64,000 nt of DNA from Lingula anatina (GCA_051362555.1 CM120648.1:8242587-8306586); one strand, 5' to 3'; shown: positions 26,101 to 40,440, counted from the first letter of the stretch. Notes: a model not told the origin generated them from the letters alone. Numbers and translations are program-made.

Positions 26101-29100
26101 AATTATCTCTTCAATTTGTTTGACATTATCTGCTTTGGTTTCAATGTCAGCCAGACAAACTACAATTTGTACAAAGTTCTGGTTTAACATATGTTTGTGC
26201 AAAATCCTTAATACACCCTACTTAGAATGTGTCTTAGTGGGAGGTCTCTATGAATAACTGAAATACGCAGATATATGGTAATGGCCCCAATATCGTTTCA
26301 ACCAAGGAAAATTATCAATTTTTCAGATACATAATTTAGGAATTATTAAAAAATACATTTCTTTCTAGCAATTTGGTGTTTTTACTGTTTAGCATAGAAC
26401 TATTAAGTATTCTGCCTTTCAATTTTGTTCCTACCACTCAACAGGAATGTTCTTATTTTAAGAATTTATTACTTATAAAAATACAGTATCTGTGAAATTA
26501 ATAATTTTTCCAGGATGAAATGATCAAGCCATTACCATAATATAACAGTACAAAATAATATTAAGGTGGCTGAGAGTGATTCAAGTGTTTTTCTCACCAT
26601 TTATTAATAAGGTCCCATAAAAAGTTGGTTCCAAACAGAAAGCATTTTTTTAAATCAAAATAATAACTTTTTCTTCATCATATAAATCTCACAAATTTGT
26701 CATGAACTTCATATAATTAATTTGGTGTCACTTTTGAAAATGAATTTAGGATGAAGTTCAATATCTTATTTGGCAGTGCGTTATATCAACAGAATGCACC
26801 TTTCAGACTATCTATTTTGGCAACAAATACACATTATGTAGGACACGTACTTTCTATAGAACCAGCTGATGCCCACAGCACTGCAATTAGTATAGCTATT
26901 GACATTCAGCTCATTCTCGATTTTCATATGCCACTGAGTGCAAAAGATTTATGGTCTTTTGAAAGAGCTATAAAACTAAATGCTGTAGGCACTGGGTATT
27001 CAAAAAGGAGTTACTGTAGTGTTATACTATTTTTTTATTATTAAAAATTATAAATGCTAATTTCTATCAACTCCTGGCAATTAATTTCTGCTAATGGGTG
27101 GACTTTTTAAATTATAAATACATTATTAATATTTAATATTATAATATTTATAGCCACTGATCATGATTAACTGTTAAGTTTGTTCCGCAAACTGGAATAA
27201 TATACATGTATGAATAATTCTATGAATAATTTTGGAGCAAAAAACCAAATAGTTATACTGTGTCAAGGTGCAGCCTACATGTATATGTGATCACACAGTC
27301 ATTTATTTTTATCAATTTAAAACGGAGCACAGACAAATAAATCTATTAATAAATTGAAAACAGTTTTGTTGTATACATAGAGAGGGATACTGTGATTTTA
27401 TCTATCCAACATGGCATAATTATTCAGCCATTGTTTACAGGCTCAGATATGCTACCACAAAGCCAAATCTAGGTCAACATCTCAGGTCAACAGAGGTCAT
27501 GGTCGTTCACAGCAAAACAGAAAGGAAGATCAGTTAATGGCAGCTTCTGAGAGCAAGGGAGGCATAGGGGCACATGCAGCCGCCTCAGCAGATGAAACCT
27601 CAGATTTTCTCAAATGTCCTGTGTGCAAACGGGAGTACACAGATCCTGTCATCCTTCCATGTTTACACACGTACTGCAGGCACTGTTTGACTTCCACTCT
27701 CCCTCACGGAGATTTGGGTCGGGCACTGCCATTCAAGTGCAGTGTGTGTAAACACGAGGTTATAATGCCCGCTGATAAGGTGGAGGAAGGATTCAAGAGA
27801 AACTATTATGTGGAAGGTGTACTGAACAACAAATCCCCTGCTTCGGGACAGAGAAAGTGTGTAGTTTGTGAAATAGTGAAAAAGGGAGGGGAGGTAGGTT
27901 TTTCTCTATACATACACTGTACATATGCATATAAACAACATCATCATCATCATCATCATCCACAACGACCACAACAACAAACTTAATTCAAAGATGGTAA
28001 AATCTGTTCAGTAAACCTAGACATTTGATGGGTGGATTGCACGTGACGTCACACAGCTGGTCAACAAAAAAGGCAATGTATACGGGTTTGGAGAAATAAC
28101 ACACAATAGTATATATAGGAAAAGGTGCCTACATAGGAACTCAGTCAATATTTCATAGCTCATGAGTACACCTCATTAAAAAGACTTCAGAAATTGCCCT
28201 TTAAATACAGAGCTCCTAACATAATATCACCTCATGTCAATTCAAATAACAGATAACATTTCAAAGGGTTAAATTACTGGATTATAAACCAAGCCTTTAC
28301 AATGTGGCAGCCGTGAATTGAATTGTCATCTGCTAATTACGGAGTCCAACAAAAGTGAATTGGAATTGATGCAGTCACATAAACCTTATACACAGAGTTT
28401 TAAGGAATTAATGATGGAGAAGGGGTGCACACTAGATTAAAATGTCAGTAACTGTTTTATTCCTTTGGAATACTTCTAATATTATCCTTTATATCAAGCA
28501 ACGAGGGGAAAAAAAAACAGGGCCTGTCAAATCAGTCACATGATTCCAGTGACAATGTGTTGACCCCAAGAAACTTTGTAATTGTTTGTGTTACTGGCAT
28601 AGTAAAATCCTGTTTCAGTTCACGTCTTTTCTAACATATCAGTAACACTGTGACTGTACATGTTGCAAAGTGCTATATATATTTCAGTTATAAAAATTTT
28701 TGAGAAACATAATAATCATAAAACTTTCATTATTCACTGTTCATGAATATCAAACATGAAAAATTCTTACAACACACATATCATTCCATCCCTTATTAAG
28801 GTAGCAGGCAGGATTTATGATAGAAAAAAATGAAAATTAGGTTTTTCTAATTAATTTTCTGTATTAATTTCTAATTATTCAATAATGCCTACCTTTATGC
28901 TGTTTAATAACAATAACAATACCCTGAAACATTAAATACATTCACCTTAACTTTATATCTCATTGCTAAGCATAAGCACCTCACAGCATTTACCGTCCAT
29001 TTAACATCTTTCTATTTTGAGGTGAGCTAGCAATAGGTATAGGACGTTAACTTCATCCCTGAACAAGATCTTATCAGGAAATTGGTATAAGTGACAACAA

Positions 29101-32100
29101 GTATATGGGCTTCAGTCCAGGGCCATCAATTGGGTTTAAATATTTTTTTGTCTCGGAGTTTTGAGCCCTATATACAGGCATCGAAAGGTGTTTTTGGGTG
29201 CTAAGCAAAAGGAAAAATTTGAGAAACCAACGTTGCATTTTTTATCTCAAATATGTATGAAAAGACAGTCATGTACTTGTAGGCGTTTTTGTTTAACCCT
29301 GTCCATAGCCTTAACCCGATCTTAAGTCCAGTCTCTTCTAAATTCACTTATAAAGTTAGTATGTAGCAGTATTATTGGATTATACAAACATTGTATCTGC
29401 TGGGCCAGAGTCATTTAAAATGTTGTAGTGCGGAAATAAATTAATCACTAAATCAAATAATTTTAATTAAAGAGTAAATGAATAAATAAGAACCAAAGTG
29501 ATCACTCTTCACCATTATAACCAAGAATGTTCATGGTTCATTTCAGGTGAACGATGCCTCTTCAAAATGTATCAGTTGCCAGGATTACTTGTGTTCCCAA
29601 TGTGCAGTTTACCACTGCGCTACAAAGCTAACAAGAGATCACAAAATCCTCACATTTCAGCAGCTAGGGTTGGCAGAGTACCAAAAAGAGATCCAAGCAA
29701 ACCAGGCCATCCCATGTGCTACTCACACGGACCAGTTGCTGAAGTATTACTGCCTGCCTTGCCAGACACCAATCTGTCGGGACTGCAAGGCACTGGACCA
29801 TGATGACCACAAATCTCTCTCACTTCCCGCAGCTTTTGAAGTAATCAAACCCAAACTGCTTCACAAAGTGGAGGATTTAGAAAGAAGGCATGACAATGAG
29901 AGTGAAAAAGTTGCGAGGCTGACTGAAATGGCGGCAGAGCTTGAGGAGAGTAAAAAGAAAATCCAGGCTATTATACACCAGAGGGCAGAGGGTCTCAGGA
30001 AAATCGTGTTATTTAGAGAAAATCAACTTCTAGAAGAAATTGATAATGAGGTCTGCAAACAACAGGCAATATTGGCTGTGTCACGTGACCATCACCATGG
30101 CAACCATACTTTGTTTGCAGATGCGCTGCAGATCATTAAAAATATTCTCCAGCAAGGTTCCCCCCTGGAAGTGCTCCTTTTAAAACCTGAGCTCAGTCAA
30201 CGACTCGAGAATCTCCAAGACACATCCTTTGATGACAGCCTCCCGAATCAACCACAATTCAAACTTGAAACAAGTCAGGAATTTGAGACCAACCTAAAAA
30301 CAGGAATGGCCTTTGGGAAGGTGGAAATCGATTGGGAAGAGGTTCAAGTTCCCATGCAGCCTCCACCTTCACCAAAACTGCAAGCCAAAGCAGAGTGCAT
30401 CTTAGAGTTTGATTCTGGATGTAATTTCCAGACTGGTATCTCGGTCAGCCCAGATAACGAGTACGTGATCGTGAATGAAAACCCAGGGAAACTGTGCATC
30501 TTCACCTCACAAGGGAAGCTGAAGAGAGAAATCGTTGATGTTTCGGGGACCCCACTGAAGAATCCCATTGGCATCTGCCATCTTCCCAATGGCACCACAG
30601 TTGTCACTGACATTGGTAACAATGCTGTCATGTCGCTGACGTCACAATGGGAACAACAACAGTCCCTGGACATTCATTCCCTTCAGGGTGTTGCATTGAA
30701 CTTGAACAACCACATTGCCATAGCGCAGCATGCAGAGAAATGCATCAGTATTTTCAGTGTTGACACGAAAGGCCTTCTGACCAAAACGGCCACCATTAAG
30801 GAGAACAAGAGCAGGGAGATATTTGCTGTGCCCTATTCAGTGGCGTATATGTCCACTGGTGATCTAGTTGTTGGAGATTTGTCTCAGATTCAGGTATAAA
30901 TTTTTCCCCAACTTTTATTAAAAGTCTGTTCTTTCATTTCTTTTTCTCTCTTACTACGGACATTCATTACATATAACTGCAGTTTAAATTTAACATGACA
31001 TGTTAAAATCATTGAAGCCAATCACAAGACATGCTTTAAAAATTATTTTGCTATTAAAAGCAAACTGGAACCCCGACTTTGAAATGTTTATTAAATGGCC
31101 CAAAAATTACCCAGCCAAGACTAAAATATAATCAATAAAGAAAATATTACATACAAAGCTTTTAAAAATTAAACTGATAATTTAGGGCTGTTGTAATGTA
31201 TAAAATGCATCTTGCTGTATTGGGTGCAAATTTTAATCAAATTAACTAAAAAATATATAATCCACACCAAAAAAAGTTACCCCAATTTAATTAACTACTG
31301 AAATTAGGACCATGCGTTAAAGATTTATTATGCAAATACTTATGTCAAATGTTTGCCACTAAACCCAACCAAATGCCACAGTGTAGTTTCAAATAGCATA
31401 ACCGAAAGAAATGCCACAGAATTTTGATACGCTATTTCCTGAAAGATGATTATTGTACTGTACAGTACAGATGTTTTCTCCTTATCTTCTGTGTTTTATT
31501 GACTGGAGAAAAGATAAGTAGGTCAACTTTAGAACTTGAAATTTGAAAAGGGTGCAGTTTTTAAGCCATTTTTTCTGCTGCCAGAGAGAAGGATTTTGGT
31601 CAATTTTTTGGCAATGCACGTGAACTTAACGTTGTGTACAAAATATACTAAATAAAATGTAATATTATGGGCACAAGTCATTCAGTTAATTGTTTGCCTA
31701 AAGCTACTTGTCTGGAATTCCTTTTTCTTGACCAAAAAGAGCTATTCGAATTCACTTATTCCCCCCCCCCCCCCAAAAAAAAAGGAAGATTCTTGCAAAG
31801 ATTTGTGCGCTAAATTCACTAGACCCTTCAGACAAGCAAATCACATAAGCATTTTCACTTGCCCCGGACTGTGCCATTCATTTCCCACTGGACGATATAA
31901 TCAGTCGAGCCTTATTAATTATGTTCTCTCTTTTTTCCAATTCAGGTCCACATCCTGAGTTACGCAGGCGAACCAAAGCACGCCTACACAGTGCTGGGTC
32001 CTGATAACAACAAGGGCCAACCGTATGGTGTCTGCGCGGACAGATACAATAATATCTTTGTAGCAGACCATAATAATCACTGCATTCATGTTGTATCAGC

Positions 32101-32872
32101 GGAGGGAAATTTTGTCAAGTATTTGGTGACCAGAGATGATGATCTGCGGCACCCTTGGGCCTTGGCCATCAACCATGATGGCGATTTGGTAGTTACCCAA
32201 GAAGAAGGGAAGGTTAAAGTTTTCAGATATCTTGAGAAATAGAAACTAGACTTCAAAGGTGACACACACACACTTGACCAAAAATGTTCGGAAACATCAT
32301 TATTTTGAATAATTGTAAAGTAACCATCAAATAAAGATCTTTATTTTAGGCATAAAGTAGTTAAAATTAAATCTTAAGTTTGTTCAGCATCAGTATCGTG
32401 TGAAATCTCCACTGTCAATTGTCAAGACTTGATCAGTCACTCCATTTGCATGACTTGTGCAAATGAAATTCGAAAGGTAGCTGTAATTTCCACAAAGTTC
32501 CTTTTGTTGCAAAAATTTCAAAGAGGAATGAATGATGGGTGCATTATTCCTTCAATATTTGGTTAAAATATTTACCTTAGCTCATATGGTTACTTTATAA
32601 TTATTCAAAATAACGAGGTTTCTGACCTTATTGGGCAAAGAGAACAAAAATATGGTGTGGCACTTACGAGGCCAACGACACCAAAATACATACAGGAAAG
32701 AAAATCAATCACTTTCATAAAAATAATTTGACCATGCTGATTTTAAAAAGGAACCTGTCCTTCTGACCACTAGGCCACTTGATAAATTAAAGAAAATTAC
32801 TTTAGCATTTACAGGGTGAGCAACAGATGTTACCAACGGCAGAGCGAATAGATACATATAGACAATAACATA

Positions 32873-32908
<36 letters not shown>

Positions 32909-35900
32909 ACTTCTGTGCTGTACTTGTCTGTCCTGTATTTGTCTAAAATAAAGTTGAACCTCTCTATACATGTGTTACTTTTTCGTATTAGCACAACTAT
33001 GTTCCACTCTAACTCATATTTTAAGTAATAATTAGTCAAACCAGATAATTGTTTTTAAAGCTCTTTCAGCAAATTAGTTAACAAGATCCTGTGAAATTAT
33101 CTGTTAAATGTTCATATTTAATGCCACAATTGTGTTTCACCCTTACCCCTATTTAAAGTAATAATTAGTCAAACCAGATAATTGTCTTTAAAGCTCTTTT
33201 AACAAATATGTACAGGCCCGTAGCCAGCAATTTCAAAAGGGGGGTTCTTTTTCTGAAAAAGTGGACCTTTTCCCATAATAACTTCATGTACATAGATCAA
33301 ATTTTACTCAGAGTGGACCTTTTCCCAGCAAAAGGGGCGGTTCTTTCGAACCCCCCGAACCCCCCCCCCCCCCGGCTACGGGCCTGATGTAAGTTAGCAA
33401 GATCCTGTGAAAATTTTTCAAACATTCACACATCCATGGAGAACACATGGAGAATTAATGAAAAAACCCAGGTGCAGCCAAATCTAGTCGAGGAAATCAG
33501 CCTTGTGAAAACGAGTTTTACATGTTGAAAAGCAGATTATTTCATGCATACCACGCTATGAAAAATGACAATAAGTGATAGATACAATACGAGTCGCCGA
33601 GCTGTACGTGAAATATTACGAGTGTATTGGCGAGCCGCAGGCGAGACAATACACGAGTAATTTTCACGTACAGCTCGGCGACGAGTGTTGTATCTGGCTT
33701 AAACCACGGCCTCTGATTGGCTACTACACTAGTAGTGCAACAGACCGTGGAACGCACTCGTACATGACGTGCTTGTATGTCGCATACAGCACGGCCGAGT
33801 CTTTTGTTCTACGCGCTAGCCGTGGTTTAAGATATAAAAAAAAAGCCCTGAGAGCAGCCCATTAAGTACAGTAAAAAGTTGAACATTTCATCACTTAAAA
33901 ATAAAATAATATTTGAAAATGCCTGAAGCGGAGTTGGACATATTAGATGACAAACTTTTCAAAATTATTAAGAAGCCCACTTTCAAGTTTGACTTAATAT
34001 TCTAACTGAAAAAAATTATGTCAGCGGAGAAATGTCTTTTGAAAAAATTTTCAAGACTGACTAAATTTTCAAGTTTTTACCATATCCTGAAGCATGGCTT
34101 TCCCAAAACTTATGTATATAACACAATGTAGCTAATATACACAATAAATTCTTAGTATCTATTTTAATCAGATATCATATTATTTGCCTCAAATCTAGAT
34201 ACCTTGGATCAGTATGCACATTCATAAGGGTCATTTTCAGACACAAGTTTAGAAACTTGGGAGAATACCCACACCACAAAACATTTCGTGAAAACTGACC
34301 AGTTTCCAATTCAAACACCAAAAGATGCCCATTTCCACTAAACACAGTAGCTTTATGTCATTGGCATTAGAGCAATTGTGACATCCATTTGTTTTCAAAT
34401 TATGACATAATGGTCTTGACCCCACATTATAAAGTTTGGACCAGAAATAACCTACACATTCTTTAGTTTGGACCAGAAATGACCCACACATTCTTTAGTT
34501 TGGACCAGAAATAACCCACACATTCTTTAGTTTGGACCAGAAATGACCCACACATTCAAAACCTATTGCACAGCAGTCTGTCTACCCAGATCATATATAA
34601 ATAAATACACTACTCACCACATGCACATTGCTGGTTTTTCCTCTTTGTTTCCAGAGAGTTGGTGATGAGGAAATCCTACAACAAAACATAAAGGACACGT
34701 AAAAACAGGTATTTAAGTTGCCAGGAAGAATCCTGGGTCAACTTCACCTATCCTGGCTGACCACCTGATTACAATAACATTTTCTAATCACAAAGTGCCA
34801 ATCTACACGTAACAGCATTCAACTTACTTAATATTACAATGGTGGTGGTGGTGGTGGTGGTGGGGGTGGGGGTGGGGGGGGTGGGTGGGGAGGGGGGGGG
34901 GGCATAAGGATCATAGTGGCTTTTTATGCTGAAATTATCATCATCATCATCACCAGAAAAACTGGGGAGATAATTTATACTGTTCTACAGCAAAGGATGA
35001 GACACCATAGGGATAAGATTGGCTTTTATGCTGAAATTATCATCATCATCATCACCAGAAAGACTGGGGAGATAATTTATACTGTTCTACAGCAAAGGAT
35101 GAGACACCATAGGGATAAGATTGGCTTTTATGGTGACTTTATCATAATCAGAGAGCCTGTGAGTTCATACTTAGTATACCCAGATTTAACACAATGACAT
35201 ACGGCAAAGAATCCTTGTCATATCTTGGGCCAAAAATATGGAATGATCTCTCCAATGACTTAAAGCAAAGCATCAATTCAAATGAGTTTAAATAACTTTT
35301 AAAGGGTTCGGGAAGGACCCAAATGCAGATGTAGCCTGTGTAACCTATATGCTTTTAGTGAAACTGCGTAATAATACGACATGTTTACATTTAAAGCTGG
35401 CAGGCTAAAGGGTGCAGGTTTAAAAAAAATGAATGAATGAATAAATACCACTCAATATGTACTTTCTATGCTCTAAATTCAAATAGAGGACGCCCCTCCC
35501 TCCCCTTTGTTTGAAATTTAGTTTTAAATTTAGCTATATATGTCCACTCTTGTAGTGTTTGGCTCCACTACAAACCACACCTTCATATTGCATTATGCAA
35601 CTTTTTGAAGCTGTTTTCAGTCACGTTTTTAATGATAGAGAAAGGCACTTGCTTACATATATCAGTACTAAAAATGCCTTCATCTGGCACTTTTATTTAC
35701 ACCTTTTTTTGACACCTGCCTACTATCATTATGGTGATTATATTAGATATCAAACTAAAAGGAAGGCAAATAGACATGCACATAACAGGAAACCAATTAC
35801 TGTATGCTGATTTTTCATAAGGATCTTGCCTTTTTACCAAGCAAAACCACACAAAATATTTCTATAAAAGCAAAAATTATTTTATCAGTTAAAAGGTGAA

Positions 35901-38900
35901 CGACAGATGTGAGGAAAGCATACACACTGATCAGAACATACACAGATACATTCAATATCTGTATCCAAAAATGTAAAAGGGCAAATGTACAATTTTTCAT
36001 GCTACTCCTAGTACTTAGAAACAGGTCTCAAGTGGTCAATACTGAATAAAACAGACTGTGTGTTTTGGATACATATATGCATAAATATACTAGCTGGTGT
36101 TTTTTTTAATTTTTTTTAGACCTCTGAATTTGTAACAAGATTTACTCACCCATTCTTATTAGAGAAGATTCTGCATTATTCTGGAAGAAAAAAAAAGATA
36201 TTCCATACACACTAGGCCAACATTCATTTGTTATCTGAATAATTATAAAATAACCACAGGAGCTATTGTGAATATTTTTTATCAAATATTGACGAATAAT
36301 GCATCCCTGATCCGTTACTTTTTCAAATTTTACCAGGAAAAGAATTTTGTGACAATTACAGAGGCATAAATTTTATGAATATGGATCAAATTCACTTTCA
36401 CCAATCCTGCAAATGGAGTGAAAAAGTTTGAAGTTTGCAGTTGTAGCAAGTCTTGATAATAAACAGTAAAAAAATCTTAATTTTTGGCATACAATATGTA
36501 GGATGCAGTTAAAATAAAGCCTTAAGGTTGCTCAACATGAGTATAATGTGAAACCTCCACGTCAAAACTTGCTCATACTTTGTCATTTCCACATTTCCAT
36601 GACAGTAATTATCTTTATTGACTTTGTTTTGAAATGATATTGAGGGACACCTTATAGACTACTAGAGCAAAGCCTGGACTTACCCTGGCTGGTGGTGGTG
36701 TCACATGATAGGTCAGAAGGTCTCTAAAGTGGGTTTCATCCAGTATAACATGATAGCTACCTGACAATTATAAAAGTTAATTCACACATAACAATAAAGT
36801 AATATTTTCTTCAATCAACAACTATATATTGAAATAGTTAATTACCTCCAATATTTTGATGTTTATCAGGTGCGGGTGAATAGCCTCCATACAGGAGATA
36901 TACTTGCCCCCCCCCCCCCCCCCCCTTTCCCCCACCTGTTGCTTTAAGAAAGGCAGGTATGGCAGGCCTTATAGATGGATTAGGCATTTCCTAACACTAC
37001 CCACAGATCTTTAAGCACTAACACCTATATTAGCCACCAAACCCACAAATTAACCAACTCATCATACAATTATTTTGCACCAACAAAGCAATACCTAGCA
37101 CTTACTTTCATCGACTCTGGTAGTGCTGGTTAATTTGTGGGTGTTGGTACCAAAAGATCTGGGATTTTTTTTTAAACAAATAATAATAAATAAATAAATG
37201 AATAAAAACTGCATTTCTAATTGCACAAATTAAAAACTTTAACGCTAAACAAATCATGATATATATGATAATCTAATTTTTCTTCAAATTTGTGATATTT
37301 CCTCACAGCAGCTACTGCTATTTATTACCTTTAGTTTCTTGACATATTTTTTTGCATATCTGTACTTCTGCAGCCAGGCCAATGATGGAGCACCTGATGT
37401 TTAACTCCTTCAAAGACTGAAAACAAATGGAAACAGTCTGATTGACAAAATATTTCACAAATCTGTTTTTTAGTTATGATTAACAACAATCTTTAAAAAG
37501 TTTCTCTTCAAATTAAAAAAAAAATTGTCGAGCTGTAGATAACAATGATTCTGCATCGCAAAATTATAGTAAATTTTTAGAAAATTAATGATTAAAAAAC
37601 TGATAACTGCCCACTACTTATGCTGAAAAACAATGGGACAAAAAAAGTACTTGAAACAGAACATAAACAAAGTGCTCTAGGAAGGAGGAAGATTCTGAAT
37701 GAAATGTTTTCAAATGACTAATTAGCAGTGTTCAAGGATTTCAGTAACTATACATCTGATTACATACTTAAACATTGTTGTGGTGGGTTATAAATTTCCA
37801 TACCTTAACAGTTTCATAGATGTCCCCAGGATCACAAGTTGTCAAGCTTCCATAGATGATGAGAATTTCTCTACTGGCATGACCAGGCATGTGTCTGAAA
37901 TGGTCATGTTGACATCTCTTTAAGTGTATCCAGCACAATGTGTACTTGTATCCAACACAATGTGTAAGTGTATCCAGCGCAACGTGTAAATGTATCCAGC
38001 GCAATGTGTAAGTGTATCCAGTGCATTGTGTAAGTGTATTCAGCACAATGTGTAAGTGTATCCAGCACAATGTGTTAAAAGTGTACTAAGGTTTTAAAAT
38101 GGATATATCACAGACAAATAATAAGTCACAAAACTCACTTTTTTAAGACAATTTATGAAACAAAAATGCCCCTTTAAATATGAAACATACCGTAATGTTT
38201 GCATGGCAAGTTCTAAACTGTTCTGCAGAGATGGCTCTCCCTGGCATGGCTTCACTGCTAGTTTCTGTATTAGCTGGATATGTTTTCTGGGATTGCCTGT
38301 AAAAAAAACACTCCTTCACTTGAATCTTTTTTTTTTAACCTGTAGGAGTAATATGAATAATAAATTTCAAACGACTCATTTATTTCTCCAATTTTTCATG
38401 TCTTCAGAGAAATTAGACAAGGAAGTGTTCAAAGTGTCCACATTCTAATACAGAGTGAAAACTTTTCACTTTTTGTTATATTCATATAATCACCAACTTA
38501 GCTTCTCCATCCTAATCAATGACAAGAGCGGCCATGTTAGTCTATTAACCTGATTCCATTCAGCAAGAGTCCCCGTGGAGTTAGTGTACATTAGCTAGGA
38601 CAACATTACTCATTCAGAAACGGTCCCATGAACACAGACAAAACTCCAAAATCTTTCTACGTTCTTTACCCACCTCCGAGCTCTGTCACTTTTTCTGCTC
38701 TCTTGTTTCTGGTGTCTATCACCCCCAGCTGACTGATGGGGTTCTGGTCAAAATACTCCTCTATGAAGCTTTCCAGCAACTACAGAAATAATCAATAAAA
38801 AGATTAGAGCAGACATTTGGAAAAGCAGACTAATAAATCCCCAGATCAAATATGGCCGAGTCTAAGTCACAAGACTTTGGGCCATCTGAAATTATTTACA

Positions 38901-40140
38901 TTACGTACCACAATGACCCACTGACCTTTAGAGAAGACAATAGTCTGCTAGGCCTGAGATCCTGATCTTCCATAGACTCCGACATGTCAAGTACTAGAAA
39001 TAGATGCCGCATCTACAAATATAATGATAATTTAAATAAGAATAAAATATGTATTGATGAACACGTTCACGGATTAGACTTACGTGTTTTTCAACTTTGT
39101 TGATTGAACTTGAGGACTGGAAGTGGCAAAAGTGTTTTATAAGGAGAATAAAGATTTCTCACTAAGGAGGATTTTGTACCATGACCACTTTTTAATCACT
39201 TTTAAACAAAAAAAGAAAAGTTTTAAGTAACAAAAAATAAGTGACATGTTTTATCTGGCACATAAATAAAAAATAAGGATATATATATATATTGTCAGTG
39301 TATAAAAATTCTATTCTCTAAAATCTCCGTATCATATACGTACCATCCCCAACCTGATGTTTGCCTTCTTCTCCAGCAGCCGTTTTCTCTTTCCTTTGTG
39401 AATGATGCCATCCACAGCTGTGCGGAGGGAACCTTCATCATCCTCTTGCAGAGCTTCCCTGTAGAGATATGAAATAAAGCTACAGAGTTATAGAACATGG
39501 ACATAAAAGCCTCAATTTGTTGTATACAGGTCATGAAAATAAGGCTGTAGAGATATAGACTACGGACACAGGAGCTGAATGTGAGTCATTATTAAAATAA
39601 GGCTGTAGGGATATGAAAAAAAAAAAAAAAAAGGCTATGGTGATAAAGACTAAAGGCAAAACTGGAACAAGCTAAACTGAATGTGTATTCGTTCTACATA
39701 TTTTGCAATTAACGCTTTTCTTAATATTTATTTTATTTTTCAAAGATAAAAATCACGATTTTTTGTTTGATTCTTATTATTTTTTTTTTTTCGGGACGGC
39801 GGTTGAAGGTGATTTTCCAACGTTAACTATATCTTTTACTTCAAACTCCAGCAATCTCAGTAAACATAAAAATAACTACACTGCAAGAGACCAAAACACA
39901 ACCGGTCAGGATAGTCGCTGGGGGAGGGGGGGGGGGGGCGGTGGGGAGGGGGGGGCAAGGTTTTCTTTCACAGTTTAAATACTTCACTGGTTATAACGCA
40001 AGGTCACAACAAGTAATTAGTTAGTCACATACTCAGCTCTACATGTGATGTTAATAAATCACGTAAACGATGCCTTCTTACCAAGTTCTCTCATATTCGT
40101 TTTCCCACGTGTATCCTTGATCGACTTCGTCGTCCGCCAT
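23127..40140 (-). CDS. GTF2H2: General transcription factor IIH subunit 2 (p44/Ssl1), 14 exons
   Basis: Exons ~40082-40140 ([20 protein letters not shown]), 39344-39459, 38926-39012 ([21 protein letters not shown]), 38674-38779 ([13 protein letters not shown]), 38191-38297, 37805-37895 ([22 protein letters not shown]), 37330-37416, 36684-36760, 36150-36181, 34618-34676, 25545-25650 ([22 protein letters not shown]), 24829-24933 ([19 protein letters not shown]), 24214-24256, 23127-23282 ([26 protein letters not shown]). Confidence 0.95.
27537..32242 (+). CDS. TRIM-NHL-type E3 ligase (RING, two B-boxes, coiled coil, NHL/beta-propeller), about 666 aa, nested in a GTF2H2 intron
   Basis: Three phase-0 exons 27537-27893, 29547-30893, 31946-32242 join in frame. 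[28 protein letters not shown]; B-box2 [32 protein letters not shown]; NHL repeats [25 protein letters not shown] and [15 protein letters not shown]. Confidence 0.9.
33213..33386 (+). mobile_element. MITE with 13-bp TIR CAGGCCCGTAGCC and 5-bp TSD ATGTA
   Basis: Perfect TIR; ATGTA at 33208-33212 and 33387-33391; inserted into the second unit of a local ~135 bp duplication. Confidence 0.85.
33580..33831. mobile_element. Double-hairpin non-autonomous element (Crypton-like architecture)
   Basis: Long palindrome 33580-33695 around the loop gagccgcaggcgag; second inverted pair cttaaaccacggc / gccgtggtttaag. Confidence 0.6.
34435..34557. repeat. 32-bp minisatellite, about 4 copies
   Basis: tttggaccagaaat(a/g)acccacacattctttag repeated. 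Confidence 0.9.
34917..35132. repeat. ~103-bp tandem duplication, just over 2 units
   Basis: tggcttttatgctgaaattatcatc...gggataagat repeated almost identically. Confidence 0.9.
35143..35343 (+). mobile_element. 3' terminal fragment of a CR1/L2-group LINE ORF2
   Basis: Translates as [50 protein letters not shown], the typical LINE ORF2 tail. Confidence 0.75.
37920..38075. repeat. 22-bp minisatellite (aagtgtatccagcacaatgtgt), about 7 copies
   Basis: Visible tandem units next to a GTF2H2 acceptor. Confidence 0.9.
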
Positions 40141-40440
40141 GTTTACATTTGTGTGGTCAATGTAAATAACAATTAGTTTCGTAATAATTTTCATATGTAA
40201 CATTTAGCAAAAATTTGATCATTCATCAAAATTTATCTATGTAGTGTTTTGAAATATATATTCTGCATGTTGATTTTTAAAAACCAAAATATTACTTTCC
40301 ATTGCTGTATACGAAATAAAATAATGAAAAATTTGTGTCTTTGCGTCCGAGAACTAAGGGTGACATCTACGTTCGCCTCCTTGAATTTTGCCTTAAGAAG
40401 ATGCCGTAGTCAATTTGTTAATCTGTATCTCAGTCGCAGA
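40141..40440. promoter_or_regulatory. 300-bp bidirectional promoter region for GTF2H2 and OPA1
   Basis: Start codons at 40140 (-) and 40441 (+); YY1-like AACATGGCG overlaps the GTF2H2 ATG. Confidence 0.65.

Noticed and set aside
34435-34557. 32-bp direct repeats of CRISPR-like length (also 37920-38075 and 10905-11075)
   Set aside because: Head-to-tail units with no unique spacers, no cas genes, and a eukaryotic intron context.
37003-37162. Possible extra GTF2H2 exon with a gtaagt donor near 37105
   Set aside because: Flanking exons already join in frame to match p44; the segment is one arm of a degenerate inverted repeat.
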